Below, piece after piece: positions 55,063 through 64,000 of a stretch of DNA of 64,000 nt. Below the pieces are notes generated by a model. The model was not told the DNA's origin. It was given only the letters and a program-made list of their open reading frames with translations, and did no database searches. How positions within the stretch are numbered: position 1 is the stretch's first letter; every line of letters starts with the position of its first letter. This DNA is from an uncultured Dehalococcoidaceae bacterium. GTDB lineage: Bacteria; Chloroflexota; Dehalococcoidia; UBA2979. A program made the translations under genes and the position numbers. Where the stretch lies: assembly GCA_964479165.1 (NCBI GenBank), contig CAYZJO010000002.1, positions 265,493 through 329,492 on the forward strand. Direction: 5' to 3'.

Positions 55063-56031
55063 ATGGCACCTCGTTACGACGATCGCGCGATGCTGCTCGA
55101 GCTGGAGCCCGTGGCAGCGAAGCTCTACGACCGCCACGACAAGGTGGCACAGGAGTGGTTCCCCCACGAGTACATCCCGTACCGCCTCGGCCGGGACTTC
55201 GACAAGGAACCCTGGACTCCGGACCAGCCTCGGCTGACCGGCGTCGCGCAGACTGCCTTCGAGGTCGGCCTCCTCACCGAGGACAACCTCCCCTCGTACC
55301 ACCGCCTGATTCACAAGATGTTCGCCGGCGGCGACGGCGCCTGGGTGAACTGGGTCGGCCGTTGGACCGCCGAGGAGGGCCGCCACGCGATCGTGTTGCG
55401 GGACTACCTCGTGGTGACGCGCAACGTGGACCCGGTGGCGCTCGAGCGGGCGCGCATGGGGCAGTTGCAGCGGGGCTACGACCACCCCACGCCGAGCATG
55501 CTGCACTCGATCGCCTACGTGACGTTCCAGGAACTGGCGACGCGCATCTCTCACCGCAACACCGGCGTCTACTCGGACGACCCGGTGGCGGACAAGATCA
55601 TGCTCCGCATCGCCACCGACGAGAACCTGCATATGGTGTTCTACCGCGACATCATGAAGGCGGCGCTCGAGATCGACCCATCGAGCGCGGTCGAGGCCAT
55701 CGTCGATGAGGTGCTCGCGTTCGCGATGCCCGGCGCCGGCATCCCCGGCTTCCTGCGCAAGGCGGCACAGATCGCCCGCGCGGGCATCTACGACATCCGC
55801 GTCCACCGGGACGAGGTGCTGCTGCCCGTCCTCAAGTACTGGCGGTTCTTCGATCTGACCGGGCTCGATGACTCCGCTGAGGCCGCACGCCGAAAGCTGA
55901 TCGCCCACCTCGAGGACCTCGACCGGCAGGCGAAGCAGTTCGAGGCGAAGGTCATCGAGTCGGGCGTGCCGCGAGTACGCGCGATCAAGAGCGAGCGCGG
56001 CGCGGAGCTGGCCGGGCGCGACTCGTCCTGA
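55063..56031 (+). CDS. acyl-ACP (stearoyl-ACP) desaturase, DesA1/DesA2-like di-iron enzyme
   Basis: RBS AGGAGAG. TAEEGRHA and DENLHMVFY di-iron motifs. Confidence 0.85.
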   Translation: MAPRYDDRAMLLELEPVAAKLYDRHDKVAQEWFPHEYIPYRLGRDFDKEPWTPDQPRLTGVAQTAFEVGLLTEDNLPSYHRLIHKMFAGGDGAWVNWVGRWTAEEGRHAIVLRDYLVVTRNVDPVALERARMGQLQRGYDHPTPSMLHSIAYVTFQELATRISHRNTGVYSDDPVADKIMLRIATDENLHMVFYRDIMKAALEIDPSSAVEAIVDEVLAFAMPGAGIPGFLRKAAQIARAGIYDIRVHRDEVLLPVLKYWRFFDLTGLDDSAEAARRKLIAHLEDLDRQAKQFEAKVIESGVPRVRAIKSERGAELAGRDSS

Positions 56032-56613
56032 CTAGTTCAGCGTAACCTCGATGCTGACGCTGTAAGCGGAGGGATCGATCGGCCGGTCCGACCGAGGTTC
56101 GGGCAGCAGGTCATAGGCTCGCAGCGTCAGACCATCGACCGTCGCCGTGCCCTCATCGGGCGACAGGACGATGCGCACTTCGCTCGCCGCACCCCCTGCA
56201 GAAGAGGCGGTGAGCACCGCCGTCGCTTCGCCGGCCCACACGCAGACCACGTCCACGCCACAGCGCGAATCGTCCTCGACCGCATCGAGCCGGAGCGTCC
56301 AGCCGCCGGCAGCGTCGGCGGTCTGCCCGATCGCGAGTCGCAGCGTGACCGACGCTTCCGCCGTAGGAGTGACAGTCGGCGTTGCCGGCCGGGGCACCGA
56401 GGTTGGCGTTGATGTCGGCGTCGCAGGCCCCGCTGTCGAAGTCGCCGCGGGCGTCGCGGGCGAGATCGTCGGTGTGGACGTCGCAGGCGGAGTCGTACTC
56501 GCGCTCGCAGTCGGAGTGACCGTCGCGTCGCGGCCCCCTGACTCGCATCCGGCGAGGAGAGCGGCCAGCAGGACCAGTAGTGGTGGCAACAGCCTCGATG
56601 TCACGCGCATCAT
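56032..56613 (-). CDS. lipoprotein (Thr/Pro-rich linker plus a small beta domain)
   Basis: Start at ATG 56611-56613. MMRVTSRLLPPLLVLLAALLAGC lipobox. Confidence 0.5.
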   Translation of the reverse strand: MMRVTSRLLPPLLVLLAALLAGCESGGRDATVTPTASASTTPPATSTPTISPATPAATSTAGPATPTSTPTSVPRPATPTVTPTAEASVTLRLAIGQTADAAGGWTLRLDAVEDDSRCGVDVVCVWAGEATAVLTASSAGGAASEVRIVLSPDEGTATVDGLTLRAYDLLPEPRSDRPIDPSAYSVSIEVTLN

Positions 56614-56656
56614 CGTATGACGCTCGGTCCACGGAGCGGGTCCGAGACTCGACGGG

Positions 56657-57889
56657 CTACGCGGCCAGCCGGGCCTCCGTCGCCAGGCGGCGCCAGGCCT
56701 CGACACGGTGCTCGAGGCCGATCCGTTGGAGGTAGGTCTCGTCGAACAGGGGCGGTGGCGGCTCGCTCGCGTCGTCCTCGAAACGCTCGTGCGCCAGCGC
56801 GTCGGCGACGTGAACGGCCGTGATGAGGTCGAACGAACGGGAGGGCGACATCGAGGGGCGATGATGGAACGCGATCGCCTCGACGATTGGAGCCGGCAGT
56901 CCCCACAGCCCCAGCAGGTACGCGCCGATCTCGCCGTGCTCCGCTCCCAGCGCCTCGACCTCCGTCTGCCAGAGCGCGACGGCGTCCTCAGCAGCCTGGA
57001 GGCGCGCGCGGCCGTACTCGGCCGGAAGGTTCACCGCGAGCAGGATGGCGCCGAGGTCGACCAGCTGGCCCGCGAGACGCGCGTCAGACTGCGTCGCGAG
57101 GTCGGCCCCCTCCGCAGCCGCGATTGAGCGGGCGATCCGGCCCGTCAGAGCGCAGTGATCGCGAATCGCCTCGAGGGAGACGGTGTCGACGTCGCCCTCC
57201 TTGTACGTCGAGAAGACGCTCTCCGACAGAACCAGGTCACGGACGACGTTCAGTCCCAGCAGCAACGTCGCTTCCTGCGCCGAGGCGACGTTGCGCGGGG
57301 TACCGAAGAACGAGGAGTTGACCATCTGCAGCAGCTTCGCGGTCATGCCGATGTCGCGCGCGATGAGATCGCCGACGCGGCGGATCGACGGCTCGGGCGA
57401 CAGCAGTTCCGTGTGCAGCTCGCGATGCAGCTCGGGCAGGCTGGGCAGCGACTGCAGTTGCGTGACGACGCGTCGCAGCGACTCGCGCCCGAGCAGGTCG
57501 CGGAGGTCGCAGGCCCGCGTCAGCGTGGAGCGCAGCGTCTCCGCGTCGCAGGGCTTCGTGAGGAACTGGTGTGTCGGACCGGCCGCGCGGAGGCGTGTCT
57601 CCTGGTCGGATTGCCCCGAGAGCACGACGCGCACCAGGTGAGGGTGCTCGCGAGCGACCCTGTGGAGCAACTCTGCCCCGTCCATGCCGGGCATGCGCAT
57701 GTCCGTGACGATCGCGTCGAACTCGGAACCCGCGAGCACTTCGAGCGCTTCGAGGCCGGATTCGGCGAACTCCATGTCCCAGTCGTCGGCCATGGTGTCG
57801 AGCAGGCGACGCAGCCCGCGCAGCAGCCGCGGGTCGTCGTCGACGAACAGCACCCGGCGTCGTCGTGAGGTCGGAGTGGCGTTGGTCAT
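56657..57889 (-). CDS. response regulator with an HDOD output domain
   Basis: VLFVDDDPRLL...IVTDMRMPGMDG...VVLSGQSD receiver, then an HDOD-like region. Confidence 0.8.
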   Translation of the reverse strand: MTNATPTSRRRRVLFVDDDPRLLRGLRRLLDTMADDWDMEFAESGLEALEVLAGSEFDAIVTDMRMPGMDGAELLHRVAREHPHLVRVVLSGQSDQETRLRAAGPTHQFLTKPCDAETLRSTLTRACDLRDLLGRESLRRVVTQLQSLPSLPELHRELHTELLSPEPSIRRVGDLIARDIGMTAKLLQMVNSSFFGTPRNVASAQEATLLLGLNVVRDLVLSESVFSTYKEGDVDTVSLEAIRDHCALTGRIARSIAAAEGADLATQSDARLAGQLVDLGAILLAVNLPAEYGRARLQAAEDAVALWQTEVEALGAEHGEIGAYLLGLWGLPAPIVEAIAFHHRPSMSPSRSFDLITAVHVADALAHERFEDDASEPPPPLFDETYLQRIGLEHRVEAWRRLATEARLAA

Positions 57890-59490
57890 GCGGCGGCCTG
57901 CTCGACCTCGTGGAGCGGCAGGCGCACGGTGAATACCGTGCCCTCGCCCGGTGTCGACTCGACCTCGATCGTCCCGCCGTGACGCTCCACCACGATCGAA
58001 CGACTGATCGAGAGGCCCTGCCCGGTTCCTCGGCCGACTTCCTTGGTCGTGAAGAACGGGTCGAAGACGCGCTCGCGCACGCCCTCGGGGATGCCGACGC
58101 CGTTGTCAGCCACCGTGATCGCGACGTGCTCGCCATCCAGGTGTGCGCCCACTCGGATCTCGCCCGGGCGCTCGATGCCCTGCGCACGCGCGTCGGCGAT
58201 GGCGTGAACCGCGTTGATCACGAGGTTCAGCAGCACCTGGTTGAGGTCGCCCGGCACGGCGGGAACGAGCGGGAGGTCGGACTCGAAATCGGTGATCACT
58301 TCCCCCACGTGCTTCCACTCGTTGCGGGCGACGGCGATCGTGCTCTCGATGGCCGTTCGGATATCCACCGGGGTGCGATCGGGTGTGCCCGGATGTGCGA
58401 AGACCTTCATCGCTCCCACGATGCGCGCCACCTGCTGCAGCCCGTCGAGTGAATCTTCGACAGCCTCGGGGACGTCGCGCAGGAGCGACTTGAGCCGCGC
58501 CCTCGTCTCCGCAGCCGCCACGGCCTCGACAAGGTCGGGAGCGAGCCCCGCGGTCTTCGCCGCCTCGACGACCGGCTGGTACGCCTCGAGCAGCGCGCGG
58601 AGCTTCTCGAACGCGTCACCGAGGTAGCGCGTGTTGTCCGTGATGAACTGCGTCGGCGTATTGATCTCGTGCGCGATGCCGGCGGCAAGGCGGCCCACCG
58701 ACTCGAGCTTCTGCGCCTGTGCGAGTTGCGACTCCAGCTCGCGGCGCAGGGTCATGTCCCGCGCCATCGCAAGGTAAGCGCTGCCACCGCGCCATGACGT
58801 CGAGACGATGCGAATCTCGACCTTACGCATCGAGCCATCGAACGCCTCGATGTCGACCTCGAACGGCTCGCGGAGGTCGAGCGGGTAGCGGAACGGCTGG
58901 CCGACCGCGTCGCTCGCGGAGAGCCCGAGCATCGCCTCGGCGGCGGGGTTCACGAACTGGATACGACCGAACTCGTCGATCACGATGATCGCGTCTGCGC
59001 TGTTGCGCACGATGCTGAGGTAGTCGCCGTAGATGACATTCGCGGCCCAGAGCTCGCGCGCGTAGGCCGCGATGAGCTGGTGCCGCTCTGCGGCGTACAC
59101 AGCCGCCCGCTCGAGGGTGCGCACCTCGAGATTCGCCTTCGTCAGGCAGTCCTGGGCGCCTTCGCTGAGCGCCTGGACGAAGAAGCGAGACTCGTGGAAG
59201 CCGGTGAGGACCACCACGGGCACCTCCGGCGCCGCGTCGCGGAACGCCCGCAGCGCGGCGAGCGCGTTGCCGTCGGGCAGCGCGACTCCCAGCAGCACCA
59301 GGGCGATGTCGCCCTGTGCGATCCGCTCGATGCCGGCGTCCGCGTGCTCAGCCCACTCGATCTCGAAGTGGACGTCGGAGGCCGCCTTCAGAAGGCGCGC
59401 GATCTCCTCGGCGTCATCCGCCGCGGGCTCCACGAGGACGATGGGCATGCGCAACTTCTGAACCCGGGCACGGTTCGAAACTGCCGTCAT
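57886..59490 (-). CDS. hybrid sensor histidine kinase (N-terminal receiver, PAS, HisKA, HATPase)
   Basis: Start at ATG 59488-59490 or 59446-59448. [14 protein letters not shown]-box. G-boxes GVGIPEGV...GTGQGLSIS. The stop overlaps the HDOD-RR start (ATGA). Confidence 0.8.
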   Translation of the reverse strand: MTAVSNRARVQKLRMPIVLVEPAADDAEEIARLLKAASDVHFEIEWAEHADAGIERIAQGDIALVLLGVALPDGNALAALRAFRDAAPEVPVVVLTGFHESRFFVQALSEGAQDCLTKANLEVRTLERAAVYAAERHQLIAAYARELWAANVIYGDYLSIVRNSADAIIVIDEFGRIQFVNPAAEAMLGLSASDAVGQPFRYPLDLREPFEVDIEAFDGSMRKVEIRIVSTSWRGGSAYLAMARDMTLRRELESQLAQAQKLESVGRLAAGIAHEINTPTQFITDNTRYLGDAFEKLRALLEAYQPVVEAAKTAGLAPDLVEAVAAAETRARLKSLLRDVPEAVEDSLDGLQQVARIVGAMKVFAHPGTPDRTPVDIRTAIESTIAVARNEWKHVGEVITDFESDLPLVPAVPGDLNQVLLNLVINAVHAIADARAQGIERPGEIRVGAHLDGEHVAITVADNGVGIPEGVRERVFDPFFTTKEVGRGTGQGLSISRSIVVERHGGTIEVESTPGEGTVFTVRLPLHEVEQAAA

Positions 59491-59826
59491 GAGCGAACGG
59501 ACGACGCCGTTCACCGATCGCAGCCTCCCTCTGAATCGCCCGGCACCGAACCGGCCCGGCGACCAACCGCACGCTGAGAGTCGTCCGGGATCACACAGTG
59601 GCGCAGGCGCGGCGCTGCGAGGATCGGCGAAACCCCTCGGATACGCCGGCTTCGACGCCGATCCGCCGCCGGCGTCGGCGGGTGTCTCAGCTCTCGGTCG
59701 GGGGATTCTTGAACTCGTGTAGGGACCCGTAACAAATCGTCGAAACTCCCCCATCTTCTGTCTGAGAACCGACCGCCGTTCGAGGCGGTCGAAGGCAACG
59801 TTTGAGGCGGTCGGGGGGAGGGTGCG

Positions 59827-60579
59827 ATGCCGCTGGTTGCGGTCGTCGACGGTAACGAGGCAACTCGGCGCGAGATCGTGGAGACGCTCGCACCGGAGTT
59901 CTCCGTCTCAGAGGCAGCGGATGGACTAGAGGCGGTGCGCCTCGTCTTCGCGGAGCGCCCGGACGCGATTGTGCTCGATCTCCGGGTCCCGGGCATCACG
60001 GGCTTCGAACTGATTCGGGTGCTGCGCGCAGCCTGCGACATCCCGATCATCGCGATCGGTCTGGCTGATGACGCGCAGACCGCGGTCCGGGTGCTGGACA
60101 TCGGTGCGGACGACTTCATCCGGCGCGGAGGTGTGCAAACCGAACTGGTGGCGCGCATCCGAGCGGTCATGCGTCTGTACGAACGGCAGCCCGCAGCGGC
60201 CGCACCCGGCCGGCTCATCCGTACGGGAGCGCTCGCCATCGACCGCGACGCGCGGCTCATCACGAAGCACGGCGTGCCGATTCAACTCACCCGCACAGAG
60301 CACCGACTGATGGAAGCGCTCGCGTCGCGCATCGGCTCAGTCGCACCGCACCGCTTCCTGTTGAGCACCGTATGGGGTGAGGCCTGCGTCGACGACACGC
60401 AGTACCTCCGTGCCTACATCGGGTACCTGCGGAACAAGATCGAGGACGAGCCGTCGCAGCCGCGCTACCTCCTCAACGAGTGGGGCATCGGCTACCGGCT
60501 GGCCAACCTCCCGATTGAGGTCATCGAACAGCCCGAAACCGCCGTCGCGACCGGACGCCTGGCCCTGTCCGCCGTCTAG
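59827..60579 (+). CDS. OmpR-family response regulator with an atypical receiver
   Basis: VAVVDGNE...AIVLDLRVPG (Asp present), PIIAIGLADD (no Thr/Ser), GADDFIRRGG (Lys to Arg). Winged-helix C-terminus ...YLRNKIEDEP...GIGYRL. Confidence 0.7.
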   Translation: MPLVAVVDGNEATRREIVETLAPEFSVSEAADGLEAVRLVFAERPDAIVLDLRVPGITGFELIRVLRAACDIPIIAIGLADDAQTAVRVLDIGADDFIRRGGVQTELVARIRAVMRLYERQPAAAAPGRLIRTGALAIDRDARLITKHGVPIQLTRTEHRLMEALASRIGSVAPHRFLLSTVWGEACVDDTQYLRAYIGYLRNKIEDEPSQPRYLLNEWGIGYRLANLPIEVIEQPETAVATGRLALSAV

Positions 60580-60672
60580 CCACCGGATCCGCGCACTCTG
60601 CCTCGGCGTCGCCCGCTCCCTGACGCCGAGGCAGAGGTACACTTGCGCTCTCCCCTCCCCACGGAGTGTCCG

Positions 60673-61050
60673 ATGCCCGCTCCTGCCTGGTTCGTTCGCA
60701 ATGTCTCTACAGGTCGGTGTGTTGGAGACCAGATCGAGTACGCCCGCAGCCACTGGGCTCGGTTCCGCGGGCTAATGCTGCGCGCCCCGCTCGGAGTGGG
60801 CGGCGGCATGGTGATCGAGCCGTGTTCGTCGATCCAGATGACGTTCATGCGCTTCCCCATAGACGCGGTGTTCTTTGACAAGGACCGTCGCGTTACGCGC
60901 GTCGCCAAGAACGTGCGTCCGTGGATCGGCTTCGCCTCCGGCGGCCGCGGTGCAAAGGGTGTCATCGAGTTGCCCGTGGGGGCGGCCGAAGGCATCGAGG
61001 CCGGCCACGTTCTCGAACTCGTCGAACTGGCGACAGTGAGCCGCGGCTGA
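60673..61050 (+). CDS. DUF192-domain protein
   Basis: ARFRGLMLR...GGGMVIEPCSSIQMTFMRFPIDAVFFDKDRRV...VIELPVGA. Confidence 0.6.
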   Translation: MPAPAWFVRNVSTGRCVGDQIEYARSHWARFRGLMLRAPLGVGGGMVIEPCSSIQMTFMRFPIDAVFFDKDRRVTRVAKNVRPWIGFASGGRGAKGVIELPVGAAEGIEAGHVLELVELATVSRG

Positions 61051-61057
61051 ACGAACC

Positions 61058-62821
61058 CTAACCCAGCTCGGCGCGACGCCGCCGAGCAGTGTCGAGCGGT
61101 TCGGGTTCCGCGGTGCCGCGGCCCACGCGGGCGAGCGCCACCATCGCCTCCACGATGTCACGCAGGTGCTCGGCGTGGGCGTGCAGCTCCTCGAGTGGAC
61201 GCCGCAACTCTTCGACCTCGGTCCTTGTGCTGCGCACGCGGCGCTGTAGCGAGCCTGTCATCTCGAGCAGGTTCGAGAGCGGGCCGCGCAGCTCGTAGGT
61301 GACGAAGTCGATGAACTCGTCGCGAGCGCGCGACGCTGCATCCAGGCCGGCCTGCGCCTCGCGCTGGTCGTGTACGTCGATCGCGATCGTGAGCCAGCGG
61401 TAGATCGTGCCGCCCGCGTCCCGAAGCGGCATCGTCCGTACGCGGTGCAGCCGGTGCTCCCCGCGGCCGATGTCCCAAATGCGGTACTCGCTGTCGAAGG
61501 GCTCACCCTGCGCCAACCCGCGCTCGCGACGGGCAGCGACTACCTCCCGATCGTCGGGGTGCACGAAGGCATCATCCCCGTCGTGGGCGGTCGCGTCACC
61601 TGTGAGGTCACGCCAGTAGGCGTTGCGAACCACGGGCGCCCCGGACGCATCGAGGACAAGCGCGGCAGCCGGAAGCGTGTCCAGCATGGACTGGACGTCG
61701 TACTGCTCCTGTTCGAGGTCGGCCTGGGCGCGCTTGTGAGCGGTGATGTCGACGACCGCGCCCATCCAGCGCTCGGTCCTTCCCGTCGGGCCGACGACGG
61801 GAAGGAGGCTGGCCTCGAGCCAGCGCTCGTCGCCGTCCTGCCCCTCGAGCGGAAACTCGAGGTCCACCGGCTCGCCGACCTCGATCGCGCCGCGAAGCGC
61901 GGCCTCGACCGACGCGCGGTAGTTGGAACGCACGCGCTGCAACAGCGGCCCGATCGTGAGGCGGGAGCCCTCGGCGACGCCCCACAAGGCGGCCAAGTTC
62001 GAGGAGCCTCGTACCTCGCCGGTCGCCGGGTCGCCTTCCCACGTTGCGATCCTGCCGTGGGCAGGCGGGTGATCGCGGAGTCCCTCGGGCCGAGGCAGCT
62101 CGGAAACGCGAAGCTGCTCGCGCTGCGCCGCGACGCGCGCGAGCACGTTCGCGATCTCCTGCTCGCGTGCGGCCGGGCGCGTCGCAGTCACCGGAGTGAG
62201 CTTCGCCTTTGCAGGGAAAGCGGCCGCGAGGCGGGTCAGCGCCCGCTCGTAGATGCCGATCTCCTCAACCCACCCGTGGCGCACCGCCTCGTCGAGGCCG
62301 TACTGGAACTTCCACTCCGCCTCGGCGAGCAGACCGGCCTCCTGGAGTGCTTCGCCTTCGTGCAACCATGCGAGGCGGTCATCTTCCGGAGCGACCCCCG
62401 AGTTGCCGAAGGGCGACACCGGCAGGCGCACTGTAGGCGCGCGCAGCCGCCCGAGGCGTTCTCGTAGACGTTCTCCCATGCCAGCCGGAGGCACGACATC
62501 GGGTCCCTGGTACGGCGGAACGGGTTGTGATGGATGAGTTGTCACGGTCAGCCTTCCTGCTGGCACGCGAACCTTTCGACGGACATTGAGATCTCGTGAA
62601 CGCAAACGTCGCAGCGCTCCCCGCCCCGCGAGGAACACCAACAACCCCAGCGGCAGTGATGCGGCCGCGGCGAGCCCGTTGATCAGCACGTCGCCTTCGA
62701 TTGCGGGCAGCGAAGGCTGGCTCGCAGCCCCACCCTCGAGCGCGTGCGCCGCGAGCGCGGTTTCCGGCACGATGAGCGCCGCCACCCCGATGGCTGCTGT
62801 CAGGAGCAGGTGGCGCTTCAT
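61058..62821 (-). CDS. membrane PAS-domain sensor with a degenerate HisKA-like C-terminus (His to Tyr) and no HATPase domain
   Basis: N-terminal TM helices. PAS-like region around PLLQRVRSNYRASVEAALRGAIEVGEPVDLEFPLEGQDGDERWL. C-terminal FIDFVTYELRGPLSNLLEMTG (canonical SHELRTPL) ends about 65 aa later. Confidence 0.55.
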   Translation of the reverse strand: MKRHLLLTAAIGVAALIVPETALAAHALEGGAASQPSLPAIEGDVLINGLAAAASLPLGLLVFLAGRGALRRLRSRDLNVRRKVRVPAGRLTVTTHPSQPVPPYQGPDVVPPAGMGERLRERLGRLRAPTVRLPVSPFGNSGVAPEDDRLAWLHEGEALQEAGLLAEAEWKFQYGLDEAVRHGWVEEIGIYERALTRLAAAFPAKAKLTPVTATRPAAREQEIANVLARVAAQREQLRVSELPRPEGLRDHPPAHGRIATWEGDPATGEVRGSSNLAALWGVAEGSRLTIGPLLQRVRSNYRASVEAALRGAIEVGEPVDLEFPLEGQDGDERWLEASLLPVVGPTGRTERWMGAVVDITAHKRAQADLEQEQYDVQSMLDTLPAAALVLDASGAPVVRNAYWRDLTGDATAHDGDDAFVHPDDREVVAARRERGLAQGEPFDSEYRIWDIGRGEHRLHRVRTMPLRDAGGTIYRWLTIAIDVHDQREAQAGLDAASRARDEFIDFVTYELRGPLSNLLEMTGSLQRRVRSTRTEVEELRRPLEELHAHAEHLRDIVEAMVALARVGRGTAEPEPLDTARRRRAELG

Positions 62822-62900
62822 CTCGTTCTCTCGCGCCTCCGACGTCGGTTCAAGACGTCACCCGTACCGCGGAACATCAACCAGAATGCCAATCCGCGGA

Positions 62901-63980
62901 TCAATTTGGTGAATCAATCTCAGCATCCGTAGCAACACTATGGTCGGCCCGCGTCTCGGCCCCGCTGCGGGCCTCGAGGGCCTGCCGGCGCTCGGCGACG
63001 TGGGCGAGCGCTTCTTCATAGAGTTGCCGTTCGTCGTCCCACTCGAAGCGCTCCGCCTCCCGCAGGCCCTCCCGGAAGTGTCGTTCGGCGTCATCGAGAA
63101 GGCCGATGCGCAGCGTCTCGGTACCGTGCTTCCACCAGCGCTGGAGGGAGAGCTCACGCCGACGCTCCTCCTCCTTCCGCTGGCGGGATCCGAGCAGCCC
63201 GAGCCGTCGGTTGAGGATATCGAACGGGCCCCCGCCTCGCCGCGATCCGCCGCGTTCGCCAGTAGCCGGCTCCGCGTCCACGGGGGGCGGAGCCACGGAC
63301 GGTCGAGGGGCGCCGCTGGGCCGTGAAGCCGCCATCGGAGAAGAGGTCGCATCGATCGATGCCGACGGAGGTGCTCCGGGAGCGACCGCGGGTTCGATCA
63401 GCGACCGAGTGGGGCGCTCCGGTCGCTGCGGCACCACCGATCTTGGCGCGCGTTCGGCTGGCCTCGATGAGGGACCTCCAACGTAGACGAGCACCGGCTC
63501 GCGCGATGCTTCGGGTTCGGCGCGGGCTGGGCCGCCGAACTTCAGCCGCACCAGGGAACGGAGCACGGCGAACGCGACCGCAAGCGCCATGGCCGTCATG
63601 CTGCCCACGAGGAAGACGAAGGCGACGGTGATCCCGCTCCGAACACCGTTGTTCGTGATTCCGAATCCGGGGAGGCTCTCCCAGCGCTCGCGCACCCAGT
63701 CGAGGAGCGGGTCCCGCTCCTCCGTCTCGACCGGCGCGCGGCGTAGGGGCGCCTGCGTGCTCAGTGGTGGCGCCTCGATGAGGATGATCTGCCCCGTGCT
63801 GACCAGGCTCGCGTCCGGAATCTCGTTCCACTCCACGAGATCCGCGAGCGGCACGCCGTACTCGCTCGCCACCTGATCCAACGTCTGCCCCGCGGTCAGG
63901 ACGTGGGTCCGAGGCGCAGCCGGCGCCACGGCGGTGGCGAGCGTGTCGGGCGACCCTTCGGCAGCAGCGCGGGTCGCCAC
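62901..63980 (-). CDS. LysM-domain membrane protein
   Basis: HVLTAGQTLDQVASEYGVPLADLVEWNEIPDASLVSTGQIILIE LysM. TM ITVAFVFLVGSMTAMALAVAFAVL. Pro-rich middle. The N-terminus may extend beyond the window. Confidence 0.55.
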   Translation of the reverse strand: MATRAAAEGSPDTLATAVAPAAPRTHVLTAGQTLDQVASEYGVPLADLVEWNEIPDASLVSTGQIILIEAPPLSTQAPLRRAPVETEERDPLLDWVRERWESLPGFGITNNGVRSGITVAFVFLVGSMTAMALAVAFAVLRSLVRLKFGGPARAEPEASREPVLVYVGGPSSRPAERAPRSVVPQRPERPTRSLIEPAVAPGAPPSASIDATSSPMAASRPSGAPRPSVAPPPVDAEPATGERGGSRRGGGPFDILNRRLGLLGSRQRKEEERRRELSLQRWWKHGTETLRIGLLDDAERHFREGLREAERFEWDDERQLYEEALAHVAERRQALEARSGAETRADHSVATDAEIDSPN

Positions 63981-64000
63981 GGGAGTCGTGGCGCCGGAGA

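Noticed and set aside
54970-55908. 312-aa minus-strand ORF overlapping the acyl-ACP desaturase gene
   Set aside because: The plus-strand frame carries the di-iron desaturase motifs and an RBS. The minus ORF is a compositional artefact.
1-64000. CRISPR arrays, IS elements/transposases, integrases, rRNA
   Set aside because: I found no regularly spaced direct repeats with spacers, no transposase or integrase-like ORFs, and no rRNA-like conserved stretches. The window appears free of these.

Overview
This 64 kb window is very GC-rich (roughly 70%) and encodes genes densely on both strands. The gene content points to an actinobacterial-type genome (two F420-dependent LLM oxidoreductases, a SARP-family regulator, a DesA-like acyl-ACP desaturase, TreY/TreZ, an Actinobacterial Holin-X-like protein), but I cannot assign taxonomy from sequence alone. 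All domain calls rest on motifs I recognise by eye; no HMM or database search was possible.

The main feature is a near-complete extracellular contractile injection system (eCIS, Afp/PVC-like phage-tail-like particle) operon on the minus strand from about 15712 down past position 1, where it runs off the window. Gene order from 5' to 3': AAA+ ATPase, DUF4157 HExxH protein, PAAR-like protein, DUF4255 cap protein, sheath, tube, a CxxC protein with an overlapping -1 frame ORF, a second tube, an 801-aa Pro/Ala-rich tape-measure candidate, a LysM protein, the VgrG-like spike, gp25, baseplate J, then a partial Afp12/gpI-like baseplate gene.

Immediately upstream are a co-oriented SARP regulator, a divergent secreted C39-like peptidase with three Ig-like repeats, and a 386-aa protein of unknown function. 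That protein shares an N-terminal LQRTxGNxxVQRLL-type motif with the DUF4157 protein, which makes it a candidate cargo or effector.

The three most interesting observations are:
- a candidate programmed -1 ribosomal frameshift (slippery C CCU UUC at 8715..8721) fusing the CxxC protein to a downstream ORF that has no start codon of its own, reminiscent of phage tail-assembly chaperones;
- a dispersed (V/I)RR(V/I)(F/L)RR...PEP motif repeated four times inside the tape-measure candidate;
- 11-bp-phased direct repeats GCGATTGA between the SARP gene and the first eCIS gene.

The rest of the window (21.6 to 64 kb) is mostly housekeeping and stress genes: a HerA/FtsK-like ATPase operon with two small proteins, hydrolases, several two-component systems, a stress cluster (YihY, DUF3618-like, Holin-X-like, DUF883-like, F420 LLM enzyme, BON, SRPBCC), a trehalose cluster (TreS-like, alpha-glucosidase, TreZ, TreY), an acyl-ACP desaturase, and a PAS sensor with a degenerate HisKA domain. 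Many long antisense ORFs in the six-frame track are GC-driven shadows and were rejected.
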